Below are positions 1 through 9,272 of a stretch of 64,000 nt of DNA, piece by piece. The stretch lies in the NCBI GenBank assembly GCA_020831845.1, contig JAFIFV010000125.1, positions 714 to 64,713 on the forward strand. Direction: 5' to 3'. The notes beneath the pieces were generated by a model. It was not told the origin of the DNA. It did no database searches and worked only from the letters and a program-made list of their open reading frames with translations. Position 1 is the first letter of the stretch. Every line of letters begins with the position of its first letter. The position numbers were made by a program, and so were the translations under genes. This DNA is from Ectothiorhodospiraceae bacterium (lineage in GTDB: Bacteria > Pseudomonadota > Gammaproteobacteria > Nitrococcales > Aquisalimonadaceae).

Positions 1-242
1 TCAACGGGGTCTGCCCGGATTGCCGATCACGGCAGCAGGGTGAACAGGATCGAGGGCTGTCTTGATCACGCAGGACCAACCGATTGGCTGACCGATCGGT
101 TAGCTTGCCTCTGACCGCTGTTCGTCCTATCGTTCGATAGCGTCATGGATGGGAGCTTCGCCGGGACACGCCCGGCGCACACGACCAACGCACACGGTCG
201 TTCGTCCGGAAATGCTCAGCATGCTCCGGAGCCTCAGGCCAC

Positions 243-1688
243 ATGGAATATTTGACAAAATCATCAAGGACTTGCGACATGATCAAGCGCAAAGCCGGAT
301 CACTCCGGCTCCTGGCCGTCTGCGCCCTGGCGCTGGCCATGGCGGCCCCCGCAGCCGCCCAGACCAGCCTCTCCCAGCTGGGACCCAGGGATCTTGCCGA
401 GATCTACCGCCTGGCCGTGGATCGTGATCCGCAGTTGCGGGCGGCTCAGGATCGGCGGCGCGCGGCGGACGAGCTCCAGCCCCAGGCGAGAGCCCTGTTC
501 ATGCCTGAAATCAACCTGGAGGCCCAGGCCGGCCGCAACTGGGAGCGTATCGAGGGGGGACTGGGGGCGATCGTACCCGGCCCGGACGAGCAGGAGCTCT
601 ACTACAACCAGTGGACCGCCGGCGTCAACCTGACCCAGCCCCTGTTCCGCATGGAAAGCTTCGCGCTGCGCGCCCAGGCCGGCATTCTGATGGACCAGGC
701 CGGCCTGCAACTCGCGCAGGCACAGCAAGGCTTGATGCTGCGGGTTGCGGAAGGCTACTTCAACGTGCTGCTTGCCCAGGACACGGTGTCGACCATCGAC
801 GCCGAGATCGCGGCCATCGAAACCGAACTCCGTCGGGCCCGCCGGGCGCTGGATGTGGGCACCGGAACCATTACCGACGTCAATGACGCCCAGGCGCGCT
901 ACGATCTGGTTCAGGCCCAGCGTTTGCGGGCACAGAATCAGTTGCAGATCGCGCGCGAGAGCCTGCGCCGGCTGATCGGCGAACCTGCCGGCGAACTGGC
1001 CGGCCTGCGGGAAGACTTCATTGCCCAGGCTCCCAGTCCGTCGGATCCAGAGATCTGGGCCGATCGCGCTGAGCGCTACAACCTGGAAGTCCGGTTCTCC
1101 GAACAGCAACTGGCCCGGTCCCGGGAGGAAATCCGCCAGGAGCGTGCCGGCCACGCGCCGCGGGTGGATCTGGTGGCGAACTACGGCCGCAACTACCAGA
1201 GCGAGACGCAGTTCAGCTCACAGAGCCAGGAGGGCGAGCAGGCTGCCGTGGGTGTTCGGCTGCAGGTACCGCTGTTTGCTGGCGGCTCTGTCTCGTCCCG
1301 GGTGCGGGAAGCCCAGGCCAATCGGGACGCCACCTTCCAGGATACGCTGGACGCCAAACGCCAGGCCGGCCTGCAGGCGGAATCCGCGTATCTCAATCTG
1401 GTCTCCAGCCTGCAGCAGATCCGGGCGCTGGAACAGGCGCTGCGTTCAATTCGCAGCACCGAACAATCCACCCAGCGGGGCCTGGAAGTCGGAGTGCGCA
1501 CCACACTGGACGTACTCAACGTGCAGCGGGAACGCTTCGAAACCGAGCGCCAGCTGGCCGAGGCCCGCTACGACTACCTGCTCAATTACCTCGAACTGCA
1601 GGTGGCGGTGGGTGGTGGCGTGGATGACTCCAGCATCGAGGATGTGAACTACTTCCTCGCCGGCGATCGCGGCCCCACGGAAGAGTGA
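243..1688 (+). CDS. tolC: TolC-family outer membrane efflux/type I secretion channel
   Basis: 481-aa ORF with signal peptide (..LLAVCALALAMAAPAAAQ) and the two-repeat TolC-like coiled/beta layout. The alternative ATG at 279 (MIKRKAGS..) is probably the true start. Confidence 0.85.
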   Translation: MEYLTKSSRTCDMIKRKAGSLRLLAVCALALAMAAPAAAQTSLSQLGPRDLAEIYRLAVDRDPQLRAAQDRRRAADELQPQARALFMPEINLEAQAGRNWERIEGGLGAIVPGPDEQELYYNQWTAGVNLTQPLFRMESFALRAQAGILMDQAGLQLAQAQQGLMLRVAEGYFNVLLAQDTVSTIDAEIAAIETELRRARRALDVGTGTITDVNDAQARYDLVQAQRLRAQNQLQIARESLRRLIGEPAGELAGLREDFIAQAPSPSDPEIWADRAERYNLEVRFSEQQLARSREEIRQERAGHAPRVDLVANYGRNYQSETQFSSQSQEGEQAAVGVRLQVPLFAGGSVSSRVREAQANRDATFQDTLDAKRQAGLQAESAYLNLVSSLQQIRALEQALRSIRSTEQSTQRGLEVGVRTTLDVLNVQRERFETERQLAEARYDYLLNYLELQVAVGGGVDDSSIEDVNYFLAGDRGPTEE

Positions 1689-2689
1689 GCCGCATGGCCG
1701 CGCCGAATCGGCGCCGGCAGGGTTCCGCGGGGATTCTTCCCGCCCTCCTGCTCGCGCTTGTCGCCATGGGGGCTGGAGGCTGCGCCAGCCTCACCGCAGT
1801 GGATCAGGATCAGGCCTTCAGCGAACCGCCACGGACCGTGGAGCTGGAGGACGTTCCCTATTTCCCGCAGGAGGAACTGCAGTGCGGACCGGCCGCCTTG
1901 GCCGAAGTGCTGAGCTGGACCGGCCAGCCGGCAACGCCGGAGGAGCTGAAGCCCGCACTGTTCATCCCGGCACGGGAGGGTACCCTGCAGGCCGAGCTTG
2001 TGGCCCAGACGCGGCAGCGCGATCGCGTACCCACCATCATCGAACCCACGTTCGACGCGATGCTTGCGGAACTGCATGCCGGAAACCCGGTTCTCGTCTT
2101 CCAGAACCTCGGGCTCGGCTGGTGGCCAGTCTGGCATTATGCCGTCGTCGTGGGCTATGACCCGGAACAGCAGGAGTTCATCCTCCGGTCAGGCACGGAA
2201 AAGCGCGTGCTCACCTCGCTGGATCTGTTCCGCCGCACCTGGGACCGCGCCGACCGTTGGGCGATGGTGGTCACCAGGCCGGACCAACCGGCAGCCACCG
2301 CCACGGCCACCGGTTGGCTGCGCGGTGCGGTGGAACTGGAGCAGACAGGCCGTGTCGAAGCGGCTGTCGAGGCTTACGAGACCGGCCGGGATCATTGGCC
2401 GGAAGAGGCCGGGTTCCATTTGGGGCTGGTCAATCTGCTGTACGCGGAGGGCGAGCTGGAACTGGCCGCGGAGGCAGCGGAAACCGGCATCGTGGCGGAT
2501 ACCGCTCGCAAGGGAGTACTGTTGAACAATCTGGCGTTGATCCGGGCCCAGCAGGAACGCTGGGATGAAGCCGAACAGGCCGCACTGTCTGCGGTGGCGG
2601 AAGGTGGACGCTTTGCCGACACCTACGAGCAGACACTGCGACGTGTCCGCTGCCGGGGCGACGATACATGCCTGCAGCGGGCGCGCTAG
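1685..2689 (+). CDS. PA2778-family (C39-like) cysteine peptidase lipoprotein with C-terminal TPR region
   Basis: GTG overlaps the tolC stop (GTGA). Lipobox-like ..GAGGCASL. C39-like nucleophile context QEELQCGPAALAEVL, later WHYAVVVGYD His motif, and a TPR-like C-terminus. Alternative ATG at 1694. Confidence 0.7.
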   Translation: MSRMAAPNRRRQGSAGILPALLLALVAMGAGGCASLTAVDQDQAFSEPPRTVELEDVPYFPQEELQCGPAALAEVLSWTGQPATPEELKPALFIPAREGTLQAELVAQTRQRDRVPTIIEPTFDAMLAELHAGNPVLVFQNLGLGWWPVWHYAVVVGYDPEQQEFILRSGTEKRVLTSLDLFRRTWDRADRWAMVVTRPDQPAATATATGWLRGAVELEQTGRVEAAVEAYETGRDHWPEEAGFHLGLVNLLYAEGELELAAEAAETGIVADTARKGVLLNNLALIRAQQERWDEAEQAALSAVAEGGRFADTYEQTLRRVRCRGDDTCLQRAR

Positions 2690-2767
2690 CCCGACATGGT
2701 ATACTGCGCCGCATCCGCGGAGCGCACGCGCCCCGCAGGTCACGCAACCGCTGGAGGTGATGGCACG

Positions 2768-3013
2768 ATGGACGAGAATACCCGCACCGAACTGGAAGCT
2801 GCTGCCTTCCGACAGCTGGTGTCGCATCTGCGCGAGCACACCGAGGTGCAGAATATCGATCTCATGAACCTCGCCGGCTTCTGTCGCAACTGCCTGTCGA
2901 AGTGGTACAAGGCGGCGGCCGAGGAGCGAGGTCTGGAAGTGGATTACGAGCAGGCCCGGGAGCTGATCTACGGGATGCCGTACGAGGAGTGGAAGGCACG
3001 CTACCAGAAGTAG
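2768..3013 (+). CDS. DUF1244 family protein
   Basis: MDENTRTELEAAAFRQLVSHLRE..NLAGFCRNCLSKWY.. matches the conserved small DUF1244 pattern. The ORF-track start at 2696 is probably an upstream extension. Confidence 0.75.
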   Translation: MDENTRTELEAAAFRQLVSHLREHTEVQNIDLMNLAGFCRNCLSKWYKAAAEERGLEVDYEQARELIYGMPYEEWKARYQK

Positions 3014-3039
3014 CGCCGCCCGACACCCGCGGAGCACTC

Positions 3040-3684
3040 ATGGAAGTCCTGAACCCGCAGCACCTGGCCGAGTTGATGGCCACGCATCCCCACTACGTGG
3101 CTGCGCTGCTGTTCACCATTGTTTTTCTCGAGGCGCTGATTGCGGTGGGTTATCTGATTCCTGCCGGCACCGTGCTGTTCTCGGCGGGCGCACTGATGGC
3201 CAGCGGCACAGTATCACCACAGGCCGCCATACTGGGGGCCAGTCTTGGCGCGGCGGCGGGCAGCAGTGTGAGTTATCTGGCCGGGGCCCGGCTCTCCACC
3301 CGGCTGGAACGGATCTGGCCATTCACGCGCTACCCGGCCCTGCTGGAACGGAACCGCAGCTTCGTGCGGCGCCACGGCGGCAAGAGTGTGTTCCTGGGCC
3401 GTTTCACCAAGGCCTTGCGGCCCACCGTCCCCGCCGTAGCCGGTATGCTGGGCATGAGCTACCGGCGCTTCACCTTCTTCAATCTGAGCGGCTGCCTGGC
3501 CTGGTCCCTGGTCTACCTGGGCATCGGCTTCCTGCTCGGTTCCTCTGCCGGATTCAACCCGCAACAGACCATTCAGTTGTCGGCCTTCCTGCTCACTGCA
3601 ACGCTGCTGTTCGCAATGACCGCGATGATGGTCCGGCAGCGCCGCGCCCGCCTGGCCGAACGCCCCCTCGACGACGACCGCTAG
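3040..3684 (+). CDS. DedA-family membrane protein
   Basis: ATG at 3040 (MEVLNPQH..). FLEALIAVGYLIPAGT and GRFTKALRPTVPAVAGM motifs are typical of DedA/SNARE-associated proteins. Multiple TM helices. Confidence 0.8.
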   Translation: MEVLNPQHLAELMATHPHYVAALLFTIVFLEALIAVGYLIPAGTVLFSAGALMASGTVSPQAAILGASLGAAAGSSVSYLAGARLSTRLERIWPFTRYPALLERNRSFVRRHGGKSVFLGRFTKALRPTVPAVAGMLGMSYRRFTFFNLSGCLAWSLVYLGIGFLLGSSAGFNPQQTIQLSAFLLTATLLFAMTAMMVRQRRARLAERPLDDDR

Positions 3685-3693
3685 AGTTCCGTT

Positions 3694-3710
3694 GCAGGGG
3701 CAAGCCCTGC
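3694..3710. terminator. short GC hairpin between convergent dedA-like and znuB genes
   Basis: gcaggg-gcaag-ccctgc, a 6-bp stem with no clear U-tract. Confidence 0.25.
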
Positions 3711-3711
3711 C

Positions 3712-4503
3712 TTAGCGCCTGCCCAGCAGCCGTAGCGGCACCAGCAGCACCAGGCAGGCCGTCAGCACCGGGCCGATCGGCAGATCCAGCAACATTGCCC
3801 CGACGAAGGCCACCAGATAGGCGGCGAGTGCCAGCGCGGGAGCCAGGATAACGGCAGGCCGCCAGCCCGGCGCCAGCGCAAACGCAACCCAGGCGGGAAC
3901 GAAGATCAGGGCGAAGGCGGGGATCACGCCCACCGCCGTAGCGCCGAGCCCGACCGAGGCCGCCACCAGCAGATTGAACCCGATTCCCAACCGGCGTACC
4001 GAATGGCCGTTGGCCTGGTCCTGACCGGGAAACAGGCGCGCACGCAGCAGCCGCGGTGACAGACGAGGCATGAGCGCGATGACCACCAGCGCAAGCGCCA
4101 GGGCAGCCCAGAAGTGCTCGCTGCCGGTGAAATACAACTGCCCATCCACCAGTGCCTGCCCGAGCATTTTCGCGTGGTGGCTGAACGATGCTCCCAGCAA
4201 CATGACCGACCAGCCAAGCAGGATCATCGCCGCGTATGCATCGTTGCCCCCCCGCCGGAAAGCGGCCTGGGAAACCACCCCCAGCCCAGCCAGCGTCATT
4301 GCGCTGGCCACCATGGGTAACGCGGTCAGGCTGGCCAGAACCCCGCCGGCGGCGGCCAGGTGCGCGAAGCCCAGAGCCGCCAGCCATTCCTGGCGCAGCC
4401 GCAGGTAGAGCCCGAGTACAGGCAGAAGCACGGATAGCAGCGCACCCGTAACAAAGGGCAGCCGGAACAGCGGGTCGAACAGCAAGTCGAACTGCTGGGT
4501 CAT
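3712..4503 (-). CDS. znuB: metal (zinc-type) ABC transporter permease
   Basis: 263 aa, highly hydrophobic ABC-3 family layout. Overlaps the upstream ATPase gene by 4 nt. The operon sits behind a Zur box. Confidence 0.8.
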   Translation of the reverse strand: MTQQFDLLFDPLFRLPFVTGALLSVLLPVLGLYLRLRQEWLAALGFAHLAAAGGVLASLTALPMVASAMTLAGLGVVSQAAFRRGGNDAYAAMILLGWSVMLLGASFSHHAKMLGQALVDGQLYFTGSEHFWAALALALVVIALMPRLSPRLLRARLFPGQDQANGHSVRRLGIGFNLLVAASVGLGATAVGVIPAFALIFVPAWVAFALAPGWRPAVILAPALALAAYLVAFVGAMLLDLPIGPVLTACLVLLVPLRLLGRR

Positions 4504-5072
4504 GCCCTGCCCACCTCCACCACCCGATCGGCGACACGATCCAGGAAATCCGGTTCGTGGCTGATCACCAGCGCGCCGCGTCCGGCCGGCAGTTCGGATA
4601 GAGTGGCGACCAGCAATGCCTCACCATCCGTGTCGAGATTGTTCGTGGGCTCGTCCAGCAACAGGATTTCCCCCGGATGCAGCAATGCTGCCCAGACCAG
4701 CAGCAACTGACGCTGGCCGCCGCTCAGTCTATCCACGCGCTGATCGAGCAGCGCATTCAGGCGGGCAGGCAGGGTCGTCGGCAAACTGCCGGCGTTCAGC
4801 GCCAGCAGTTCGCCGGCACGGAGCGGGAGCTCCTGGATCTCCGGCGGCTGCTGATCCTGATAGGCGTACCGACTATCCGCCCGTCGACGCACCGCACCCT
4901 CGAAACGGGTCGCCTGTCCGGTCAGGGCGCGCAGTACGGTGGATTTGCCCACGCCATTACCGCCAGTGAGTCCGACCACTTCTCCAGGGTAGAGTGAAAA
5001 CGACAGGGGGCCGACAACCGGCCCCCTGTATCCGGCCACCAGATCGGTGACCGTCAGTAGCGCATCCGCCAT
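4500..5072 (-). CDS. znuC: metal ABC transporter ATP-binding protein (short form)
   Basis: Walker A GGNGVGKST, signature LSGGQRQ, Walker B LLLDEP. Confidence 0.85.
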   Translation of the reverse strand: MADALLTVTDLVAGYRGPVVGPLSFSLYPGEVVGLTGGNGVGKSTVLRALTGQATRFEGAVRRRADSRYAYQDQQPPEIQELPLRAGELLALNAGSLPTTLPARLNALLDQRVDRLSGGQRQLLLVWAALLHPGEILLLDEPTNNLDTDGEALLVATLSELPAGRGALVISHEPDFLDRVADRVVEVGRA

Positions 5073-5089
5073 CCAGTCCTCTCTTCAGG

Positions 5090-5980
5090 TCAGCTCCCGA
5101 GGCGGCTGATGGCGCTGACCCACCGATCCAGCAGCGCGAAGTAGTCCTCGGCGGAGCCTCCCACTTCCACATTGGTGGGCAGAACCACGGTGTTCCAACC
5201 CAGTTCGCCGGCGACAAAGTCCGGACCGCGAGAGGAATGATAACCCGAATAGATGATCACGCCCTCACGACCATCCAACCCTCGGACCAGCGACTGCAGA
5301 TGGGACGCTGTCGGAGGTACACCGGGGACCGGCTCCAGGTAGCCCAACTCCGGCACGCCCAGCAACTCCAGCAGATACTTGGCGTCCTCATGGAACAGCA
5401 CGACGCCAGGCGCTCCGTCGGCTTCCTCACGCCAGCGCTCCACCGCACTCTCCGCCTGGTCTCGGAACGCCGCAGCGTTTCTACGGAAGCTATCAGCATT
5501 GTCGCCGTCCAGTTCGGCCATGCGTTCCGCCAGGGCCTCGGCGACATCGGCCATGCGCAAGGGGTCCATGTAGACATGCGGGTTCCCCGTGGGATGGACA
5601 TCGCCGAGGGACCGATCGGCCGGCGCACCCTCATCCAGCCGGTCCACCTGGGCACCGGCCTCGAAGTAACCGCTGCGGCCGGGGTTCAGACGCGGATTAT
5701 TCGACCGCTCGATAGCCAGCGGCAGCCAGCCCACCTCCAGTTCGGCTCCCACCGAAACCACCAGATCGGCACGGCGCAGCGCCACCATCATGTTGGGCCG
5801 CACCTCCAGGTAATGGGCGTCCCGATCCGGCGGCGCCAGCACCCGCACGCTGACGTGCTCCCCGCCCACTGTTTCCGCGAGCATACCCATGTTGCTGGTG
5901 CTCGCGACGACGTTCAACTGCGCGCTGGCCAGACCACTGACCATCATGAGCAGTGTTGCCAGCAGGATGCGATTCAGCAT
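5090..5980 (-). CDS. znuA: metal ABC transporter periplasmic substrate-binding protein (TroA/ZnuA-like)
   Basis: Signal peptide. DAHYLEVRP and HPTGNPHVYMDP metal-ligand motifs are typical of cluster-9 binding proteins. Confidence 0.8.
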   Translation of the reverse strand: MLNRILLATLLMMVSGLASAQLNVVASTSNMGMLAETVGGEHVSVRVLAPPDRDAHYLEVRPNMMVALRRADLVVSVGAELEVGWLPLAIERSNNPRLNPGRSGYFEAGAQVDRLDEGAPADRSLGDVHPTGNPHVYMDPLRMADVAEALAERMAELDGDNADSFRRNAAAFRDQAESAVERWREEADGAPGVVLFHEDAKYLLELLGVPELGYLEPVPGVPPTASHLQSLVRGLDGREGVIIYSGYHSSRGPDFVAGELGWNTVVLPTNVEVGGSAEDYFALLDRWVSAISRLGS

Positions 5981-6065
5981 GTTTGCCTCCTCGTTCGATA
6001 CGTTGTGTATGAGCGGCGCGCCGTTCCCTGCATCGGGGGCGCGCCGGGATGCAATACCCTGCGGA

Positions 6066-7514
6066 TCAGAAGTCGTGGGCGCCGTGGACGCCCAGACTCA
6101 CGTTGTACTGCAGCATTACGCTCCAGGCGCCGTGATCATGGTCGTCGCCGTTGTCGTCGGCATAGTCCATGTAGTTGGTCTGCAGCCGGATCCGGGAGAA
6201 TTCCGTGGGCATGAACGATACCTGGGCCGCATAGCGGTAGGAGGTGCCGAAGGACTCGAAACGATTGTTGCCGCGGTCCGGGTCCAGGCTGTTATTGGTG
6301 AGGCCCAGCGCTTCTGCCCGCAGGCCGGCGTTCCAGCGCGGGGCGAAACCGTAGATGGCCTGCAGGTAGGCGCCGTCCTGCTTGGCGGTACCGGAGAAGA
6401 CATCCGCCGTGCCACCGGAGACGGTGGGCGCCAGCGTACTGCCATCGACGAAGTCGCGCGAGGCGTAGTCAACGTCGATCTCGCGGTAGAAGTACTCGCC
6501 CTGGACCACCCAGTTGCCATGGCCATAGGCACGGCCTGAATCGTACTTGTAGACCGCGTCCACGCCCGCAAACCAGGCATCCCCATCCCAGGTCTCCAGG
6601 CGCCCGGAACTGTGTCCTTCCTGATTCTGCCAGGTGCGCACGTAGCCGCCTGAGAGGCCGAACTGGGCTGCATGACTGTAGCCGAGATCCGGCGCAAACT
6701 TGGCGAAGGCGGTAACCAACCTCGGGCCACTGGAATCATCCAGGTCGTTATCGGCGCGCCAGCGCAGACGTGTCGGCCCTTCGGTACCGGGGTCGCCGCC
6801 GTAGCCGACGATGGTGTGTTCTTCGGAACCTACATAGTTGGCGATACCACCCCGGCCCTGCAGCACCTCGATACCAAACCGGCTGTAGAATGGCAGCGGC
6901 GCCAGCCAGGAAAGCTGGACACCCACGTCCTGCAGTCCATGGTCGCCGAACAGGTATTCGCTCACCAGCGGCCGGTCGACGAACTGCCAGTCATGCGGAT
7001 GCTGCTTGTTGATGTAGCCGATATCGGAGAGGAACTTGCCGGCCTTGATCTGAAGCCCGGCAGGGAGGCTCCGAGTGGTGATGTAAGCCTCCTCCAGTTC
7101 CACGTTATCACCGTCCACTGCCAGGATGGCAATGGCATCGAAATAGTTGTCCACTGAGGCGGAGAAGGCGAATTCCGTCTCGCGCAGGTTGAACCCGTCT
7201 TCCATGCCATGACCATGATCGTGCCCATGGCTGTGGTCATGGCCACCGTCGAATCCGGCAGGGCTATGTGCCTCGCCGCTGAAAGTGTTCTTGTAGACAC
7301 CGTCGAGTATCACGGAGATGGCGGGATTGAAGGCGGTGCCGGAAGTCACCCGGTCCCGGCTGCCAGCCAGGTTGTAGGTGCCGATTCCCTGGCTGTCCAA
7401 CGGATCCTGTGCCCCAACGCGGGTAGGATTCTGCTGTTGCTGAGCGCTGGCACCGGACGCAGCGATAAGCAATGCAAGCCCAACGGGAAGCGATGCAGCG
7501 TTGATTCTGGACAT
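6066..7514 (-). CDS. histidine-rich outer membrane beta-barrel protein, first gene of the Zur-controlled operon
   Basis: Signal peptide (start MSRINAASLPVGLALLIAASGASAQ at 7514). GGHDHSHGHDHGHG tract (about 7203-7250). Alternating beta-strand pattern and C-terminal ..GAHDF typical of OMPs. Confidence 0.7.
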   Translation of the reverse strand: MSRINAASLPVGLALLIAASGASAQQQQNPTRVGAQDPLDSQGIGTYNLAGSRDRVTSGTAFNPAISVILDGVYKNTFSGEAHSPAGFDGGHDHSHGHDHGHGMEDGFNLRETEFAFSASVDNYFDAIAILAVDGDNVELEEAYITTRSLPAGLQIKAGKFLSDIGYINKQHPHDWQFVDRPLVSEYLFGDHGLQDVGVQLSWLAPLPFYSRFGIEVLQGRGGIANYVGSEEHTIVGYGGDPGTEGPTRLRWRADNDLDDSSGPRLVTAFAKFAPDLGYSHAAQFGLSGGYVRTWQNQEGHSSGRLETWDGDAWFAGVDAVYKYDSGRAYGHGNWVVQGEYFYREIDVDYASRDFVDGSTLAPTVSGGTADVFSGTAKQDGAYLQAIYGFAPRWNAGLRAEALGLTNNSLDPDRGNNRFESFGTSYRYAAQVSFMPTEFSRIRLQTNYMDYADDNGDDHDHGAWSVMLQYNVSLGVHGAHDF

Positions 7515-7590
7515 GGGGAGCCCCTGTTCTCTAATTGGTTTCGATGATGGCGGCAAGAGAACGGCGAGCGAACGCTCACCGAACATGAGA

Positions 7591-7605
7591 TGTTATCGTA
7601 TAACA
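7591..7605. promoter_or_regulatory. Zur box
   Basis: Perfect palindrome TGTTAT-CGT-ATAACA within GAGATGTTATCGTATAACAAC, 77 nt upstream of the OMP start. A second 10/12 palindrome TATAACGTAATA lies at 7626-7637. Confidence 0.7.
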
Positions 7606-7766
7606 ACCACGATGGAATGCAATTCTATAACGTAATAAAAGCCCGACACTTGTCTCGGGAAACTCACCGGAACCAGCAATACGAAGAATTTCCCGGGACG
7701 CCCCCGGTCAGCCCGCTTCCGACCCGAACGCGGATCGACCACGCGCAAGCGCCAGGGAAGCGCTGA

Positions 7767-8153
7767 TCAATCCCCGCGCTTGAAGCCGGCGAGCTGCCGC
7801 CGGTCGTGCTTGCCGGGGCGACGATCAGGCTGCGGAAACGCCACCGCCTGGGCACGCAGTTGGGCGCGCACCCGCTCACGTTGGTCCCGGCTTTCCTCGG
7901 TTTCGCGATACAAGGTCTGCGCCACCGACGCCGGCCCGCGACGATCAGCCAGACCCTCGACGATCAACTGATAGTCCAGCGCATCCTTGCGCAGGCGAAT
8001 CTCGTCACCGGTACGTACCAGCCTGGCAGGTTTCGCCCGATGGCCATTGATCTCCACCTTGCCTCCGTTGATGGCATCAGTGGCCAGTCGGCGGGTTTTG
8101 TAGAACCGCGCCGCCCACAGCCACTTGTCCAATCGGACGCCTTCCTCGCTCAT
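7767..8153 (-). CDS. hslR: ribosome-associated heat shock protein Hsp15 (S4 RNA-binding domain)
   Basis: VRLDKWLWAARFYKTRRLATDAINGGKVEINGHRAKP is the canonical Hsp15 N-terminus. Confidence 0.9.
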   Translation of the reverse strand: MSEEGVRLDKWLWAARFYKTRRLATDAINGGKVEINGHRAKPARLVRTGDEIRLRKDALDYQLIVEGLADRRGPASVAQTLYRETEESRDQRERVRAQLRAQAVAFPQPDRRPGKHDRRQLAGFKRGD

Positions 8154-8653
8154 TCCGCCTTGCCGTCCACCATACCCACGGAAGGACCATAGCTGCCGTA
8201 GATGTAGTCCGTAAGCTCCGCGATGCGATGCTCCTGACCATGCACCACGCTGCCGACCAGGTCGCGCACGGACAGCATCCCCACCAGTCTTCCCTGCTCC
8301 ACCACCGGCAGGTGACGACAGTTCTTGTTGTCCACCAGAACCAGCGCCTCACCCACGGTAGTCTGGGGCCGCACCACCACCAGTTCCCGCGTCATGACGC
8401 TGGAGACCGGCGTCTGGTCCGGATCCATGCTGCCATCAATGACCCGGCGAAGCACGTCCCGCTCGGTGAATATACCGGCCAGACGGCTGCCCTCCATCAC
8501 CGCCACCGCACCGATATTGCGCTGGTTCATCAGATGCACGGCCTCGGTCACCGTGGCCGAGGGCTGCACGGTATGCACCGCGCTATCCCCCTTGCCGGCC
8601 AGAAGCGTGCTTACCGGTGTCTCCATCACTTCCCCTCCATTCTCTTGTTTCAT
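8150..8653 (-). CDS. CBS domain pair protein
   Basis: Two CBS repeats (..VHLMNQRNIGAVAVME.. and ..LVDNKNCRHLPVVEQGRLVGMLSVRDL..). 4-nt overlap with hslR. Confidence 0.85.
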   Translation of the reverse strand: MKQENGGEVMETPVSTLLAGKGDSAVHTVQPSATVTEAVHLMNQRNIGAVAVMEGSRLAGIFTERDVLRRVIDGSMDPDQTPVSSVMTRELVVVRPQTTVGEALVLVDNKNCRHLPVVEQGRLVGMLSVRDLVGSVVHGQEHRIAELTDYIYGSYGPSVGMVDGKAE

Positions 8654-8667
8654 ACCTGCCTATGTGA

Positions 8668-9150
8668 TCAGCGGTGCAACGCCTCGGCGGCCACGATCAC
8701 GCCATCATGATCGGCGTAGAGCCAGTCACCCGGGTGGAAGCTCACACCCGCGAAGGTCACCGGCACGTCGCGATCGCCCACGCCTTTCTTGACACTCTTC
8801 AGCGGGTGCGTGTTCAGCGCCTTCACCCCGATGTCGATGCGGGCCAGGTCGGCCGCATCCCGGACACAGCCATACACCAGCACACCCGCCCACCCGTTTT
8901 TCTGGCCCATCTCCGCCAGGTTGTCGCCTAGCAGCGCGCAGCGCATGGAGCCACCGCCATCCACCACCAGCACGCGATCTTCACCAGGCTCTTCCAGCGC
9001 ACCGCGCACCAGCGAGTTGTCCTCGAACACCTTCACGGTCGTGACCCTGCCATGAAACATCGGCTTGCCACCGTAGTCGCGAAACAATGGGCTGAGCACA
9101 CGCAGGCTGTCGGAATGGTCATCACAGAGGTCGGTGGTTTTCAAGCGCAT
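8668..9150 (-). CDS. rraA: ribonuclease E activity regulator RraA
   Basis: Full-length match to the RraA pattern (TTDLCD...VLVVDGGGS.RCAL.GD.LA......GW.G....G..RD). Confidence 0.9.
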   Translation of the reverse strand: MRLKTTDLCDDHSDSLRVLSPLFRDYGGKPMFHGRVTTVKVFEDNSLVRGALEEPGEDRVLVVDGGGSMRCALLGDNLAEMGQKNGWAGVLVYGCVRDAADLARIDIGVKALNTHPLKSVKKGVGDRDVPVTFAGVSFHPGDWLYADHDGVIVAAEALHR

Positions 9151-9272
9151 CGGGCAGCTATCCTTTTTTCTTCAACCGGGATGGGCATCATCCTAGCAGT
9201 CTTTGGACATTCGCTCCCGCAGCGATTGACAGTGCGCCGTTCGCGGCAACAATGGCTGTTCCTTGACGCCTA

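Noticed and set aside
7203-7250. The CAT/GAC-rich stretch encoding HDHSHGHDHGHG could be taken for a tandem DNA repeat or contingency locus.
   Set aside because: The nucleotide units are imperfect and in-frame within a well-supported OMP gene under a Zur box. It is better explained as a metal-binding His-rich loop than as a slippage-prone repeat.
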